Assembly: GCA_052327205.1 (NCBI GenBank)
Contig: CM126203.1
Span: forward strand, 22,072,001 to 22,136,000
Origin: Somniosus microcephalus
Lineage: Eukaryota
Direction: 5' to 3'
Length of the DNA: 64,000 nt
Shown here piece after piece: positions 13,449 through 26,518 of the stretch. Every line of letters starts with the position of its first letter. Position 1 is the stretch's first letter. The notes below the pieces were generated by a model. That model saw only the letters and a program-made list of their open reading frames with translations, had not been told where the DNA came from and did not search any database. The position numbers and the translations under genes were made by a program.

Positions 13449-13896
13449 CACGCTGGCTCACTCTGTTTAGCACAAAACGGAATGGCCAAAGCCCAAAGTT
13501 TGGAAGGCCCAGCCAAAAGCCAATTTCACCAAAGTCTTCCCGCTCGCCGACAAATGCCTTCCTTCACTCAATGTACATGGTAGAATTGCATCACTTTACA
13601 CGCTACCTTTGGGAGCCTGTAAAGACAACAAAGTGCTCTCTCACTAAACACAGACCTTCACCGCTTGGGAGTCAGTAAATAAACCTCGTCTTTGTGGCCG
13701 CTACAGTTTAGATGTGTTGTTGGAAGCTGAATGCAATACGTCCTACATTCAGTCAGTCAATCAATCAATGACACTGCCAACCAGAATTCTCAAAGCACCT
13801 GGCTGTTAACCTAATCATCAAAGCTGTCTACATTCTGACAAGTGAGTTTTTAATGTGAGTCCTTCAGATCTGTTGCAGGTATTAAGATGTTTCTAA

Positions 13897-14258
13897 CAAC
13901 CCTCCTTATCGCTAATCTCCTCCAGCCCTATAATTCCCCCAGATCTCTGCGCTCCACCTATTCTGGACTTTTGAACATCCCCGATTTTAATCGCTCCGCC
14001 ATTAGCGGTCATGCCTTCAGCTGCCTAGGCCCTAAGCTCTGGAATTCCCTCCCTAAATCTCTCCGCCTCTCTACTTCTCTTTCCTCCTTTAAGACTCACC
14101 TTAAAGCTACTTCTTCGGCCAAGCTTTTGGTCATCTGCCCTAACATTTCCTTACATGGCTCGGTGTCAATTTTGTTGTTGTTGAAATCACTCCTGTGAAG
14201 CGCCTTGGGACATTTTATATTACATTAAAGACGCTATATAAATACAAGTTGTTGTTGT
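13897..14258 (+). mobile_element. L2 LINE 3' fragment
   Basis: LLQPYNSPRSLRS..AFSCLGPKLWNSLP; tail GCTATATAAATACAAGTTGTTGTTG. Confidence 0.85.
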
Positions 14259-15987
14259 TCTGTATAGCAGCACCTTTGATGTCAGATGTACAGCCTTTTA
14301 CAGGAATCAATGTCAATGCGGCACACACATAATATGCCAGTCATTTTCAGGATATTGCCCATGTTTTTGGTGCTGAGCGAACATGATATTGGCTCATCTT
14401 TGGCGCTCAAAGCAGACCACGGTTAGTAACGGCAAACTAATAGGCAGCACAGCGAGGGGTCTCAGTATAGCGTGTCAAGGGCTGGTATGATGTGGACCCC
14501 CATCGTTATAATTCACCACGTGGTGAATTCCCAATCAGGTCTCCGGGGGGGTGTCCATCTGCAGATTGGACATCCCAATCCATGGCATGCAGCCAGTTTA
14601 TAGAGGAAGGAATCAGCAGACACAGTCCCTCCCACAGGTACAGACCCGTTGTGTGGCACGTGGCACTGGACTAGAGGGAGTGAAAGCCTGTTTTTTTAAT
14701 TTAAAAATGGGTCAGCATTTCAAAATAAATGGGAGTAATTCACTGTCAGCATTGCATAAATCCCTGTCACTACCACCCCTCGAAAATAAAAGGATCAGAG
14801 AGCACGGAGAGGAATTTGTGCAATCCTGGAGATAAAAAAATATTGCTGCACATCTGATTCAGACTTCTGACACTTGCTGGGTTAAATAAACGCTACCAGA
14901 GATATTCCAGGCAGAGTTGCTGACTGGTTAACTAGAATGGAAATGGCACGGTGCTTTAAAACGTTAGTGAGAAGAGAGTTAATAGGGCATAAATCACTTA
15001 CCCTCTCACCAGAAACCTTGTCAGCAGGATTAATTCATATGCTTCTTTGTTAGAATGTTTCCCAAATAAAGCAACAGTCCGGAGAGGATAAACACGAGGC
15101 GCATTAACATACAAGCATTGGAGTGAAGATCCTATCGAAACTACACAGACTCAGGTCTGGGCTGGTGCTCTCAGGAGGTATCTAGATATAGGTAGATAAC
15201 GAGCTTCTCTTTTTTTTTTAAATTAAGTACTTTCTTAAAATGACAAAATCGAGAGTTAAAGCAATCTTCAGGGTGCAACGGCAGTATAAATCAGACAGCG
15301 ATACTGGCCCCAGCCTCTGTGTTAGTTTTAACTTCGAGGGTGCTTGTTAAAGTTGCACCACCGAAGTAAATGCTTCAGTCAGAGGCTCAAAGGCTGACGC
15401 AGGATGAAAGAGTCGCCTTCAGCGCAACTGCTTCTGAAAGCACACAATTCAAAAGGCATCCCATTGCACCTCAGCCCGGCAGAAATCCTCACACCCATAT
15501 CCCGGTGGGACACGGCAAAAAAAACACACAGCCCCAAGCCTGGGCCAACCTGGCTGCCGAGGAAACAGAAAGCAAGCCCTCTTTTCCTTCCAGTATTCCC
15601 TCAAAGGCTCCACTGTGCAGCAGTTAACACAGTGAATACAGTTATCGCGCCGGCTTCAACAACATACTCTGGAGCTGTGTTTCACGGAGCTGGTCACAGC
15701 CAGGCCTGGTCTCTGCGGAGACCAGCTGTACAGTCTCACTTTGCACTGACGGAAGGTCACATGCATATTGATGCCATTCAGTCTGCACGTGTAACGTACG
15801 AGCGTAGACAATCCTCCTGGCGTCTTGAACAAAATGACTCTCTCTGCCCTCGGAGACAGAATGGTGCTTGGCTGCTGTATTGGCTCCAATGACTCCTGTA
15901 AATAGAAGCTTCCTATACATCTCATTAGAGTTTATGGCCAGTTCTCACTTTGCAACACCGCGATAAAAAATAAGTCACTTGAACTGT

Positions 15988-16254
15988 AAAGTAACTGGTA
16001 GAAGGATTAGAGGGGAGTTGAGGAGGACTTTTTTCATCCAGAGGGCGGTGGGGTCTGGAACTCACTGCCTGAAAGGATGGTAGAGGCAGAAACCCTCATC
16101 GCATTTAAAAGGTACTTGGATATGCACATGAAGTGCCGTAACCTACGGACCAAGAGCTGGAGAGTGGGATTGGGCTGGGTAGCTCTTTTTCGGCTGGCAC
16201 AGACAAGATGGGCCGAATGGCCTCCTGTGCCATTAATGTCTATGATTCTATGAA
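15988..16254 (+). mobile_element. CR1 LINE 3' end
   Basis: Similar to 4980-5258; TATGATTC tail. Confidence 0.85.
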
Positions 16255-16664
16255 CTCGATCTGTAATCTGCCACTGATTAGAGGCCACGTTACAAAAGAA
16301 ACGCACCTTAAAAGACAGATTTTACATTACAAGTTACATGCTTAAAGTTCAGCATCGCAAGTCTGATGTCAAATTCATGGTTAGCATTCTGCTCCTCTAT
16401 CACTAGTCAAAGGTAAACCATTGCTGCTACCCGCACAGACACATTTTACCCAGTGAATGAGTTTGCAAAAACTCACCCTTCAAAATAAATCTGGGAAGAA
16501 ACTGGAACTTTAAAGAGATAACGACTGTTGTTCCAACTGCAAACTGCAGTACACACTGACTCGCTTTCCCCATTCAGACTGAAGGCCAAAAAGGGAAGAT
16601 GTTACACAGACGATTGTGCTTCAATCTATCCTTCAAAGAATTCGATAGCCCCAGAAAAGGGAAC

Positions 16665-17076
16665 GGGTGCATTGTGGTAATGTTACTGGATTAGTAACCC
16701 AAAGGCTTGGACTAATGATCTGGAGGCAATAGTTCAAATCCCACCACCGCAGCTGGGGAATTTAAATTCAGTTAAATAAATGAGGAATAAAAAGTTAGTA
16801 TCAGTAGTGGTGACCATGTAACTACCGGATTGTCGTAAGCACCCATCTGGTACACTAATGTCCTTTAGGGAAGGAAATCTGCCATTCTTACCCATACTGG
16901 CCTATATGTGACCCACAGCAATGTGGTTGACTCTTTACTGCCCTCTGAAATGGCCTAGCAAGCCACTCAGTTGTTTAGAAGGCAGCTCACCACCACATTC
17001 TCAAGGGCAATTAGGGATGGGCAATAAATGCCGGCCTCGCCAGTGATGCCCACATCCTGTGATTGAATAAAAATAA
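16665..17076 (+). mobile_element. SINE, second family, near full length
   Basis: tRNA-like head with box B-like GTTCAAATCCC, shared core, A-rich end. Confidence 0.8.
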
Positions 17077-17229
17077 AGGAGCAAGAACCCTCACTTTTAA
17101 AATGTAAACTTTTTATATTTGTAATTGTTCTTTGGGAAATAAATAATTATAGAGCAGGCCTTCTTCAAGGCAAGTTCAAGTGCGATTGTTTCACACGCTC
17201 ACAGTACCTTCCTGCACGCCATTGTTCCT

Positions 17230-17742
17230 CTTTTGGTAGCACCAATCAAAAAATAAACAAATAAGCTGTAACTAATAGAACTTTAAATAAATGTTAACAA
17301 ATCAAATCAGAATTTGGTTATTCAAATCAATTATGCACTCCAGTCCCCGCGGCGCCCACCGGTCGCGGAAGTCCTCGAGTGTGCCGGCGGACACCGCGTG
17401 CTCCATCTCCAGGGCCACCCGGGCACGAACATGGCCGCGGAAGAGAGGGAGGCAATCTGGCCAGACGACCCCCTCGACCGCCCGCTGCCTGGACCAATTG
17501 ATGGCTTTCTTGGCCAGGCCCAGGAGCAGACCCACGAGGAGGTCCTCCAACCCGCCCGCTCCCCTCCGCACCAGGTGACCGTAGATCAAGAGCGTGGGAC
17601 TGAAGTGCAACCAAAAATCGAGGAGCAGCCCCTTCAAATAATGGAAGAGGGGCTGCAACCTCTCACACTCAGCGTAAATGTGAAAAATGGACTCCTCCAG
17701 GCCGCAGAACAAACAGGCGGCCTGGGAGTCCGTGAACCTACT
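17230..17742 (-). mobile_element. Tx1-clade LINE 3' fragment (ORF2 C-terminal zinc finger)
   Basis: CLFCGLEESIFHIYAECERLQPLF...LLLGLAKKAI...FRDRW; CpG-rich and uninterrupted. Confidence 0.85.
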
Positions 17743-18864
17743 TAAAACTATGTTGCTGCACGCCATTGTTACGCGCAGACATTAGCCCATGTAAAATGAA
17801 TCCCTGCGTTAAAAAAAAAATGGAGCACACAGGAATGTGGCACAACCACATTAACCGGTCGTACGTGAACCTCATCAGTCTGAAGTTTTACCCTTGTATT
17901 TAGTTTGGGCTCAAATTACACAGTAAGTAGTAAAGCAAATCCACAGACTGCAGAGTGAATTTTATTGTTACAGCTTCTCCCAGCACCAACTGATTAAAGC
18001 ACACACGACAAAGAGAATTTTACATTTGGTGCCTCAAACATCTCCCAGGTGGCATCCAGGACCAGAATAGATACTGCATGCAGACATTAGAGATCTGAAT
18101 CAATGCACAGGTCATTGTTTGAAGTCATTAAACACAGCAGACTTGTACACCGTCTGGAATATTGCAGTTGACAGGGAGAAATGACCTCATGCTTTCTACA
18201 AGGTTTAAAGGGACCCTTCTCAACACCATTTCTCTCTGTTGTAGCCCAGAATGATACTTATAAGTATAACACTATTCCAAAAGGGCTGGTACCAGCGTCT
18301 GAATTAGCAGCAGTGGCAGAGGAGAATTCAGAGGAGAAGGTAAGTGTAGGAGGAAGTGCTTCCAATACAAATTACGCTCACTCCCAATCTCGACACATCA
18401 AAACAATCGTTTAGAAAGTTCCCGACCTTGTATAAGAGATTCACCTCCATCCTGGAGATGCACAATATTGGGTCTCAGATTCAGCAAGGGGCAGATTAGC
18501 CGTTGTCAATCACAGGACGCAACAGAGAGTGGATCCATTAAAAGGCAGACCAGCATCCTGTCTGATGCTAGATGTCTAAACTGGGACCTATAGTCCTGGC
18601 CAGGTGCAGCCACGTACTTCTGTTTGGCAGGTGTACACGGGGAGGGGTAGTAAATTCTAAAAAAAAAAATCTCATCAAGTAAGTCTTTCCAAATGATTTT
18701 TTTTTAAAAGCTAAGCTAGACTTAAAATTTGGAGGCATTTTCTATGAAATTACTACCCAGAACCTTTACCTTCTCCTTGGAGGATTGCTGCATGCTGGTT
18801 AGCCTCTATGACTATCATGAATAGTTGGATGATATTAAAAATCTTGGACCTGCTCAAAAGAAAA

Positions 18865-20160
18865 TAAAGCACTTGCATTTATATTACGCCTTTCACGACC
18901 TCAGGAAGTCCCAGAGAACTTCACAGCCAATGAAGTACTCTTGAAGTGTCGTCACCATTGTAACGTAGGGAAACGCAGCAGCCAATTTGTACACAGCAAG
19001 GTCCCACAAATAGCATTGAGATAAATGACCAGATAAAAGCATAGAAAGTCATATATCCAAATTTGCCGATGACACAAAGATAGGTGGAATTGTAGGCAGT
19101 ATAGATGGAAGCATAAAATTACAAAGGAATATCAACAGATTAAATGAATGGGCAAAACTGTGGCAAATGGAATTCAATGTAGGCAAATGTGAGGTCCTCC
19201 ACTTTGGACCTATAAAGGATAGAACAGGGTACTTTCTAAATAGTGAAAGGCTAAAAACAGTGGCGGTCCAAAGAGATTTGGGTGTCCAAGTACATAGACC
19301 ATTAAAATGCCATGAACAGGTACAGAAAATAATCAAAAAGGCTAATGGAATGCTGGCCTTTATAACTAGAGGGCTAGAATACAAGGGGGTAGAAGTTATG
19401 CTGCAGGTGTACAAAACCCTGGTTAGACCACACCTGGAGTACTGTGAGCAGTTCTGGGCACCACACCTTAGGAAGGATATATTGGCCTTGGAGGAAGTGC
19501 AGCGTAGGTTTACCAGAAATGATACCTGGACTTCAAGGGTTAAGTTACGAGGAGAAATTACACAAATTAGGGTAGTATTCCCTGGAATTTAGAAGGTTAA
19601 GAGGTGATCTGATTGAAGTTTTCAAGATATTAAGGGGAACAGATACAGTAGATAGAGAGAAACTATTTCCACTTGTTGGGGATTCTAGAACTAGGGGACA
19701 TAGTCTAAAAATTAGAGCCAGACCTTTCAGGAATGAAATTAGGAAGCATAAAATTACAAAGGAATATCAACAGATTAAATTAGGAAACACTTCTACACAC
19801 AAAGGTAGAAGTTTGGAACTCTCTTCTGCAAACAGCAATTGATGCTAGATCAATTGTTAATTTTAAATCGGAGATTGATAGCTTTCTGTTAACCAAAGGT
19901 ATTAAGGGATATGGGCTAATGGCGGGTATATGGAGTTAGGTCGTAGATCAGCCATGATCTCATTGAATGGCGGAGCAGGCTCAAGGGGCTGAATGGCCTA
20001 CTCCTGCTCTTATAATTTGTTTTAGTGATGTTGGTTGAGGGATAACTATTGGCCAGAACACTGGGGAGAACACTCCTGCTCTTCTTCGAATAGTGCCATG
20101 GGATATTTCACGTCCATCTGAGGGGACAGTCAGACCTCGGTTTCACGTCTCATCCGAAAA
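18865..20160 (-). mobile_element. Deu-domain SINE split by a CR1 insertion (pieces 18865-19035 and 20017-20160)
   Basis: SINE sequence breaks at ACCAGATAA and resumes at TGTTTTAGTGATGTTGG. Confidence 0.8.
19049..20012 (+). mobile_element. CR1 LINE 3' fragment nested in a SINE
   Basis: KFADDTKIGG, LVRPHLEYCEQFWAP, CR1 3' UTR. Confidence 0.92.
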
Positions 20161-20397
20161 ACCCCCATCCCTCTCTCCCCTGCCAAGAAAGTACATGTGC
20201 AGTACAAGTCTGTCATTTTCCAAAGGAGTGTCTGGAAAATGTTTAAAAATGGTGGCGAATTTCCGCGGCAAGTCTCCCGTCATCCGTCGTAAATGGCACT
20301 CATACAATTTTTCTGGGGTTTCTGCTGCTCTTCCGACGAAGGTGTGGGGGACAAGCAGGAGAACCGTCAAGAAAACTCACCCCCTATAGTTCCAAGC

Positions 20398-20709
20398 TAG
20401 GGTTGCCAACTCTGGTTGGACGTATTCCTGGAGGTTTAATCACATGACCTCCCAGCTCCCACTGCCCCGCCCCTCCATTGGTCCACCAACACGTTCATCC
20501 TCACAGCACATCACCTTCCCATGGACAATTGAGAAGCAAATGGACTAGAGGATTCTCAACTTCAGTCAAACAGCCTTTTTCCCCATCTCCAATGTCTTTT
20601 CCTAAGAATTTTTTGGAAAAAACACACAATTTATTTAATGTCCCGATGATTTTTCTCCAGGATTGTTTGCAGCAGTGCCCTGGACAATCCCGGAGAGTTA
20701 GCGACCCTA
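20398..20709. mobile_element. hAT-type MITE
   Basis: TIR TAGGGTTGCCAACTCT / AGAGTTAGCGACCCTA (14/16); 8-bp TSD TTCCAAGC/CTCCAAGC. Confidence 0.8.
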
Positions 20710-21377
20710 CTCCAAGCCAGTCCGCAAACTCCCACAGTGCTGCTACCTGTAGGCAACCTGATTCCTGTCCAACCACCCTATTCCATGAAGTTTCTCCTCA
20801 ATGCTCCACAATCATGCATCACGTCAATCCAAATGGTCTATCTGGGACTGTCAGGGAGAAGTACATCTACTGCCCTCACATTATTTACACCTCACCTATT
20901 CCGGTAAGTCCTCATCTTGCTACTTAATGCTGTCATAGTTAATAATGTGATGCTCATTCACACCTCAGGAAATAAGTGACAGGGTTTACAAATGTTCTGA
21001 CCCACTACTAAGTGCTTCAGTCAATGGGCTAATTCAATTTAAACGAGGCTACTGAATGGATTTAATTATGTTTTATCCCAGACCTGTGATGGATAGGGAT
21101 AGACTAGAGATGCGAGGGCCAGTAATTAGTCTGTTGTGCTATTATTAGGTGGACAACACTTCTGAAATAAATGAGTGAGATTTTATCTTTATAAAGGGCT
21201 AGATTTGCAGTTACTGCTTTGTTGAGTTTTCTCTTAGGCACTCTGAGCCACTGCAAGTTATTTCAAGTATCCAGCAAATGAACTAATGTGGACTTTTTGT
21301 GCGAGTGCATTTAAAAGCGGGCGAGGTTGTTTCTTGCTCTCTGACTGTTGAAATGACATAACACAGCTTTAACATCA

Positions 21378-21872
21378 ATACAACAACAACTTGCATTTAT
21401 ATAGCACTTTTAATGTCGTAAAATGTCCCAAGGCACTTCACAGGGAGTGTTATCAAACAAAATTTGACATCGAGCCACGTAAGGAGATATTGGGACAGAT
21501 GACCAATAGCTTGGTGAAAGAGGTAGGTTTTAAGGAGCGTCTTAAAGGAGGAGAGAGAGAGAGAGAGCTAGAGAGGCAGAGAAGTTTAGGGAGGGAATTC
21601 CAGAGATTAGGGCCCAGGCAGCTGAAGGCACGGCCGCCAATGATGGAACGATTAAAACCGGGGTGCACAAGAGGCCAGAATAGGAGGACCGCAGAGATCT
21701 CGGAGGTTTGTAGGACTGGAGGAGATTACAGAGATAGGGAGCGGCAAGGCCATGTTGTGATTTGAAAACAAGGATAAGAATTTTGAAATCGAGGCGTTGC
21801 CGGACCAGAAGCCAATGTAGGTCAATGAGCACAGGGGTGATGGGTGAACAGGGCTTGGTGTGAGTTAGGACA
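21378..21872 (-). mobile_element. L2 LINE 3' fragment
   Basis: LHWLLVRQRLDFKILILVFK, GGRAFSCLGPNLWNSLP; (CAA)n tail on the + strand. Confidence 0.9.
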
Positions 21873-21954
21873 CAGACACAATATCACATTAAAAGTACAG
21901 ATAAAAATTAACTCATTTTATCCCCCCCCCCCAAAAGTCCAGTAAATGTAACTC

Positions 21955-22350
21955 CATGTGGTAGTGAGACACTCAGGACTACACAGTCACTGGTTCACTC
22001 TTTCAGCTATGCTGATCTCTGTTTGGGTGGAAATGAAAATGCTACAATTTGCCTCAGCATCTATAACTCGTGGAGCAGAAGTGCAGGGGGTGGCGTGTGG
22101 TGATAAGGAATCAGCCTCCAGTGACCATGCCTGGAAAGTGCACGAGTGGACATCAGGTAAAGGACAGGAGTAGGCTTGGACATGATGCTCCTTCTGGTTA
22201 AACAGTCTGCTGCCACTCACGCTCAACCCTCACATGTGAAGAATAATCATTTATTTGGATGGGATACAGAAGGGCTGGCAGCCTGAAGCTGTGCACTAGC
22301 ATGAGTCGGCGCCTGAAGGAGAGGAGAGATGAAAACTGGGACAAAAATGT
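21955..22350 (+). mobile_element. Old SINE-like repeat (third family); related decayed copy near 49475-49790
   Basis: Degenerate tRNA-like head and patchy similarity between the two copies, judged by eye. Confidence 0.4.
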
Positions 22351-22910
22351 AATCTTCCTTGTGAATTTGAGAGGAAAACACAGCAGTGCTTTTACTCAGC
22401 CAAAAGGAGCACTTTCAAATAAGCAACACAGACAATACTAGAACATGGCCCAGGCTTAGAAGTGAAATTCCTCTTTTAATGAAAAACAGCAGATTATCCC
22501 ATCTTCCTCCATAATTAAGGCCCTGCTAATGAAATTGTGCAAACACAGACCTTTGAAACATACAATTTCTGAACATGCCATTTCAGTAGTGGGTTATTAA
22601 TTAACAGGCAATCTCCTGTTCTTTGTTAAAAGGGGAGCATCACCACTTAAGATGTTTCAGCCTTCAATGCACTGTGCGCTTTTGTCCTGTGGCTCTTTGT
22701 TCGGAGACTGCCGTGTCAATGTGAAGTGCAATTGAGCACACACAATATCACAGGCAGCACTGCAACACCAGCTGAAAGTGCTACAGCGATGTCGATCACA
22801 TAGAAAATTATGTATCGCACATTTGTACAAATCACGGGTCGCGCACCTGTACAAACCATGCATCGCACCCCTGTATACATCACGCGTCACACATCTGTGC
22901 ACATCGCACA

Positions 22911-23054
22911 TGATGTTCCCTCTAAGCAGCACGCGTGCGCGGCCGTCCAACAATCTGCAAGGTCCCGCGCAGGCCGCTCACCGGCTTTTCCATTGTGAAT
23001 ACCGCGCAGGCGCAGAAATTTAAACAGGCAAAGCGCAGCTCAGAAGAAACACTG
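22911..23054. mobile_element. Small hAT-like MITE inside a degenerate 24-bp tandem repeat (about 22815-23090)
   Basis: Imperfect TIR TGATGTTCCCTCTAAGCAGC / GCAGCTCAGAAGAAACACTG; flanks ATCGCACA/ATCACACC. Confidence 0.5.
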
Positions 23055-23149
23055 ATCACACCTCTGTACACATCATGTATCACAGCTCTTTATAAATCTG
23101 CTTCATGCATATTTATGTCTGCATCACGTATCTTTAGAAATCATGTATC

Positions 23150-23468
23150 TCACCCTCAAAGCCTCCTTGAAAAAGTGCAACATCTCCACCGACACCTGGG
23201 AATCCCTGGCCCAAGATCACACGAAGTGGAGGAGAAGCATCCGGGAAGGCGCCGAACACCTCGAGTCTCTTCGCCGGGAGCAAGCGCAAACAGCGGAAGG
23301 AGCGCACGTCAACCCAAGCACCCCACCCACCCGCCCCTTCAACCACCGTCTGCCCCACCTGTGACAGAGACTGTAGGTCCTGCATTGGACTCATCAGTTA
23401 CCTGAGAACTCATTTTTAATGTGGAAGCAAGTCATCCTCAGTTCCGAGGGACTGCCTAAGAAGAAGAA
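23150..23468 (+). mobile_element. RTE-clade LINE 3' fragment
   Basis: LKASLKKCNI..WESLAQDHTKWRRSIREG, terminal C2H2-like CPTCDRDC..GLISYLRTH, (AAG)n tail. Confidence 0.85.
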
Positions 23469-25294
23469 TTTTAAAACATATCTTTAATTTGCCTAATCTT
23501 TATAAATTTGTGCCACACATCTTTATTTATCTGTAATGTGCAACTTGCTCAGCCATTATAGATCCACCAAATGTAAACCGACCTGGTAGTTAAAAGCCCA
23601 ATACAATATCGCGCCCATTCAAAACCAGAAGGTCCAGTTTCAATCCCCAGTGTGCTGAGTTTGCCGATCTCCCAATTCCAAATGTTCTCGTTGTGGATAT
23701 GGACATTTGATAAAGGAGGAGCTAAAATGAGCTCCCAACACAAAAAGCTCAAGTTATTTGACATGCTTGTTGTTTAGTCAAAACTGAATAAATATAATCG
23801 ACCTCCAAAATGGCATTTATAACCACTGGAATTCCTGGCTGATATTATTCATCTCTGTCAATCCCAAGAGCACTAAGTAAGTTCTTCAATTTTAGGGACT
23901 ACCTATAATTTTTATTGTAAGAATACAAAGGGCTCGCTGGTTTTGGGGGAGGGGAGAGAAATTCTCCATGTATACATTTTCCAATGTTCATCAAGCTGAG
24001 AGAATGGAGCACATTTCCCCAGTGGCACCCCGTCAAACACTTCTAGGTCAGGTGTTGCATAGGTCAGGCATAGAGTTAAAGGTCCATAGGTTCACCATAA
24101 CTAGAATGACCACAAATGTTATGAGGCCTCACCAGCACATTCTTCTTCCTTCCATCTGCTTCACCTATCGTCACTCTTTCCTTCAGGTCGTCCAGTACAA
24201 TCTGAACATCTCCGTTTAGCTGTTCCATGTGGCTTTTGTTCAACTGGGACCCACTCCTTCAGAGAACCAGTCTACAGCCATACAGACTCGTGCTCTATCC
24301 ATCACAATCTCCTTGTTATAATACACTGTCAATGCCCCGGTGCATGGACCACTACTTCCACCTCCTCACCATCAATGTCTCCTTTCTTCAGTCTTCCTCC
24401 ATTCTTCTGTTCTCTTCCTCACACTGTGGGCATCACCAGAGTTTTGGGGAAGCTGATTTTGAGCCCCATTGCTTTCCACCTTCGCGAGGGCAATTAGGGA
24501 TGGGCAATAAATGCTGGCCTTGCCAGCGACGCCCACATCCCATGAACGAATTTTTAAAAAATCAGTCTGTTCCTTTGTCATCATGGTACTGGCAATCAAT
24601 AATACATTGGAGGTGAAATTGGTCTTCAATGGAAAAGAAAATCCAGTACGCTGTGAAAGGGTCTGCCGATTTGCTATCTCCCAATTCACTATTGTCCGTA
24701 TTGCGCTTTTGCCCAAGATTAATTTCTGCAGATGCCAGCTCCTTCAGCAGATCTTGGCCTACCTTTATGTTTTACATAAAATTACATATTACGTACAGCA
24801 CAGAAACAGGCCATTCAGTCCAATTGGTGTATGCCAATGTTTATGTTCCACACGAGCCTCCTCCCACCCTACTTCAGCTAACCCTATATCAAACTCATCA
24901 CCTTCAGTGCCTCTACTTCTCAATGTCCCTTGCTGAAGATATCATCCATGACCATTGTGCCTGATTTCCCTATCTTGTTTCACATCATAAAATATTTTAC
25001 CTTTTATGTTTTTTTTTAAATTAGGCTAAGACACAGAATTTGAAATGGAAATATAATTGACTCCTGCATCATGTGGGGAGAATACACAAGCAACAGCCTG
25101 GAACTGAATCTGGTTTGGGTAGGCTGGTTGTTTGCTGAAGTTACATGAGGTAGTTTGAAGTGAGGCAGTTTTGATGAATTGTGAAGGACTACTTTTCATC
25201 TTGAATTGTGCCAGCTCAGACATCACTTAAGATAATTGGGAAACGAACCGGGGAGAGGGGGTGGGGGGGGTGCGGTGGCGCCGGAGGGGGAGAC

Positions 25295-25540
25295 GAGAAG
25301 AATTTTTTTTTAAACGCAGCGAGTTGTGATGATTTGGAATGCACTACTTGAAAGGGTGGTGGAAGCAGATTCAATAGTAGTTTTCAAAAGGGAAATGGAT
25401 AAATACTTGAAAAGAACACATTTGCAGGGCCTTGGCGAAAGACACAGGGGAGTGGGACTAATTGGATTGCTCTTTCAAAGAGCCGGCACAGGCACGATGG
25501 GTCGAATGGCCTCCTTCTGCAGTGTAAGATTCTATCAATC
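25295..25540 (+). mobile_element. CR1 LINE 3' end
   Basis: WNALLERVVEADSI..FKREMDKYL plus 3' UTR. Confidence 0.85.
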
Positions 25541-26117
25541 ATTCACCTTCACAACAAAGCTGCTGCTGCTACAGGAATCCAGGGTTATGCAGCCTCCCTA
25601 AATTACTGACTGCAAAAAGTAAATAGTTAAAACTGCTAGAAATTGTACTTGCGATGTGGTCATGTAATGGAAAGTCTAGTATGTAGTGCTTAAGGTTACT
25701 ATGGAAACTGGGCAAAAATATTGGACAAATAGATATCTAAGGAGCATTTCAAAACAGCTGCCCAATTGAGGAGACAAAAAGGCATCAGTTCCTCAAGATA
25801 CATTTTGATACCAAAAAGGTATTTTGTTATTGGGTTTACTGTGTTCATGATGAAACTGTTTCAGAAGGGAATTCAACAATATATGCTCTTTAGTTCAGCA
25901 CAGTTATAAACACTCTTTGTTAAGTAACTTTAAAAATAATCATTTACTGATCCTCTCCACTCAATTTGCTCCTGCAGGTTTTGGCTCATTCTGGGCATGG
26001 TTCCATGGGCTTCGGCCAGTCTCCCAGTGCCTCACTCAAGTGAAGCAAGCAACACAGTTTTAGGAGCTCTAGCTGACGCCTTTGCTCCCTCTAGCCACCT
26101 AATAAGTAGGAAACTGG

Positions 26118-26490
26118 AATAAAAACAGAAAGTGCTGCAAAAGCACCAGGCAGGTCAGGCAGCATCTGCGGAGAGAGGAAGGCAGGGTTAACAACTCAGG
26201 TCGACGACTTTTCGTCACAACCGGTTTGGACGTTATCCTTACCTTCTTCACTAAACAGCATCAACTTGCATTTATATAGCGCCTTTGACACAGTAAAATG
26301 TCCCAAGGCGCTTCACAGGAGCGTTATCAGACAAAAAATTGACATTGAGCCACATAAGGAGATATTAGGACAGGTGACCAAAAGCTTGGTGAAAAGTGTC
26401 TCCACAGACACTGCCCGACGTGCTGAGTGTTTCCCGCACTTTCTGCTTTCATTTCAGATTTCCAGCATCTGCAGCATTTTGTTTTATAGC
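26118..26490. mobile_element. Inverted pair of Penelope-like terminal sequences (26118-26215 and 26398-26490) around an L2 tail fragment (26255-26395, minus)
   Basis: AAAACAGAAAGTGCTG..AGGCAGCATCTGCGGAGA is the approximate reverse complement of TCTCCACAGACACTGCC..CACTTTCTGCTTT; family assignment from recall. Confidence 0.55.
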
Positions 26491-26518
26491 AACAAACTGG
26501 CCCTGGCTTCAAAATAGT

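Noticed and set aside
15002-15181. Minus-strand exon candidate with donor AGG|GTAAGT
   Set aside because: Stops in all three frames from the best acceptor; at most a 5' UTR exon, otherwise unsupported.
18245-18339. Plus-strand exon-like segment with a strong acceptor and AAG|GTAAGT (AQNDTYKYNTIPKGLVPASELAAVAEENSEEK)
   Set aside because: No recognisable protein and no supported partner exons; such pseudo-exons are common. Worth an RNA-seq look but not called.
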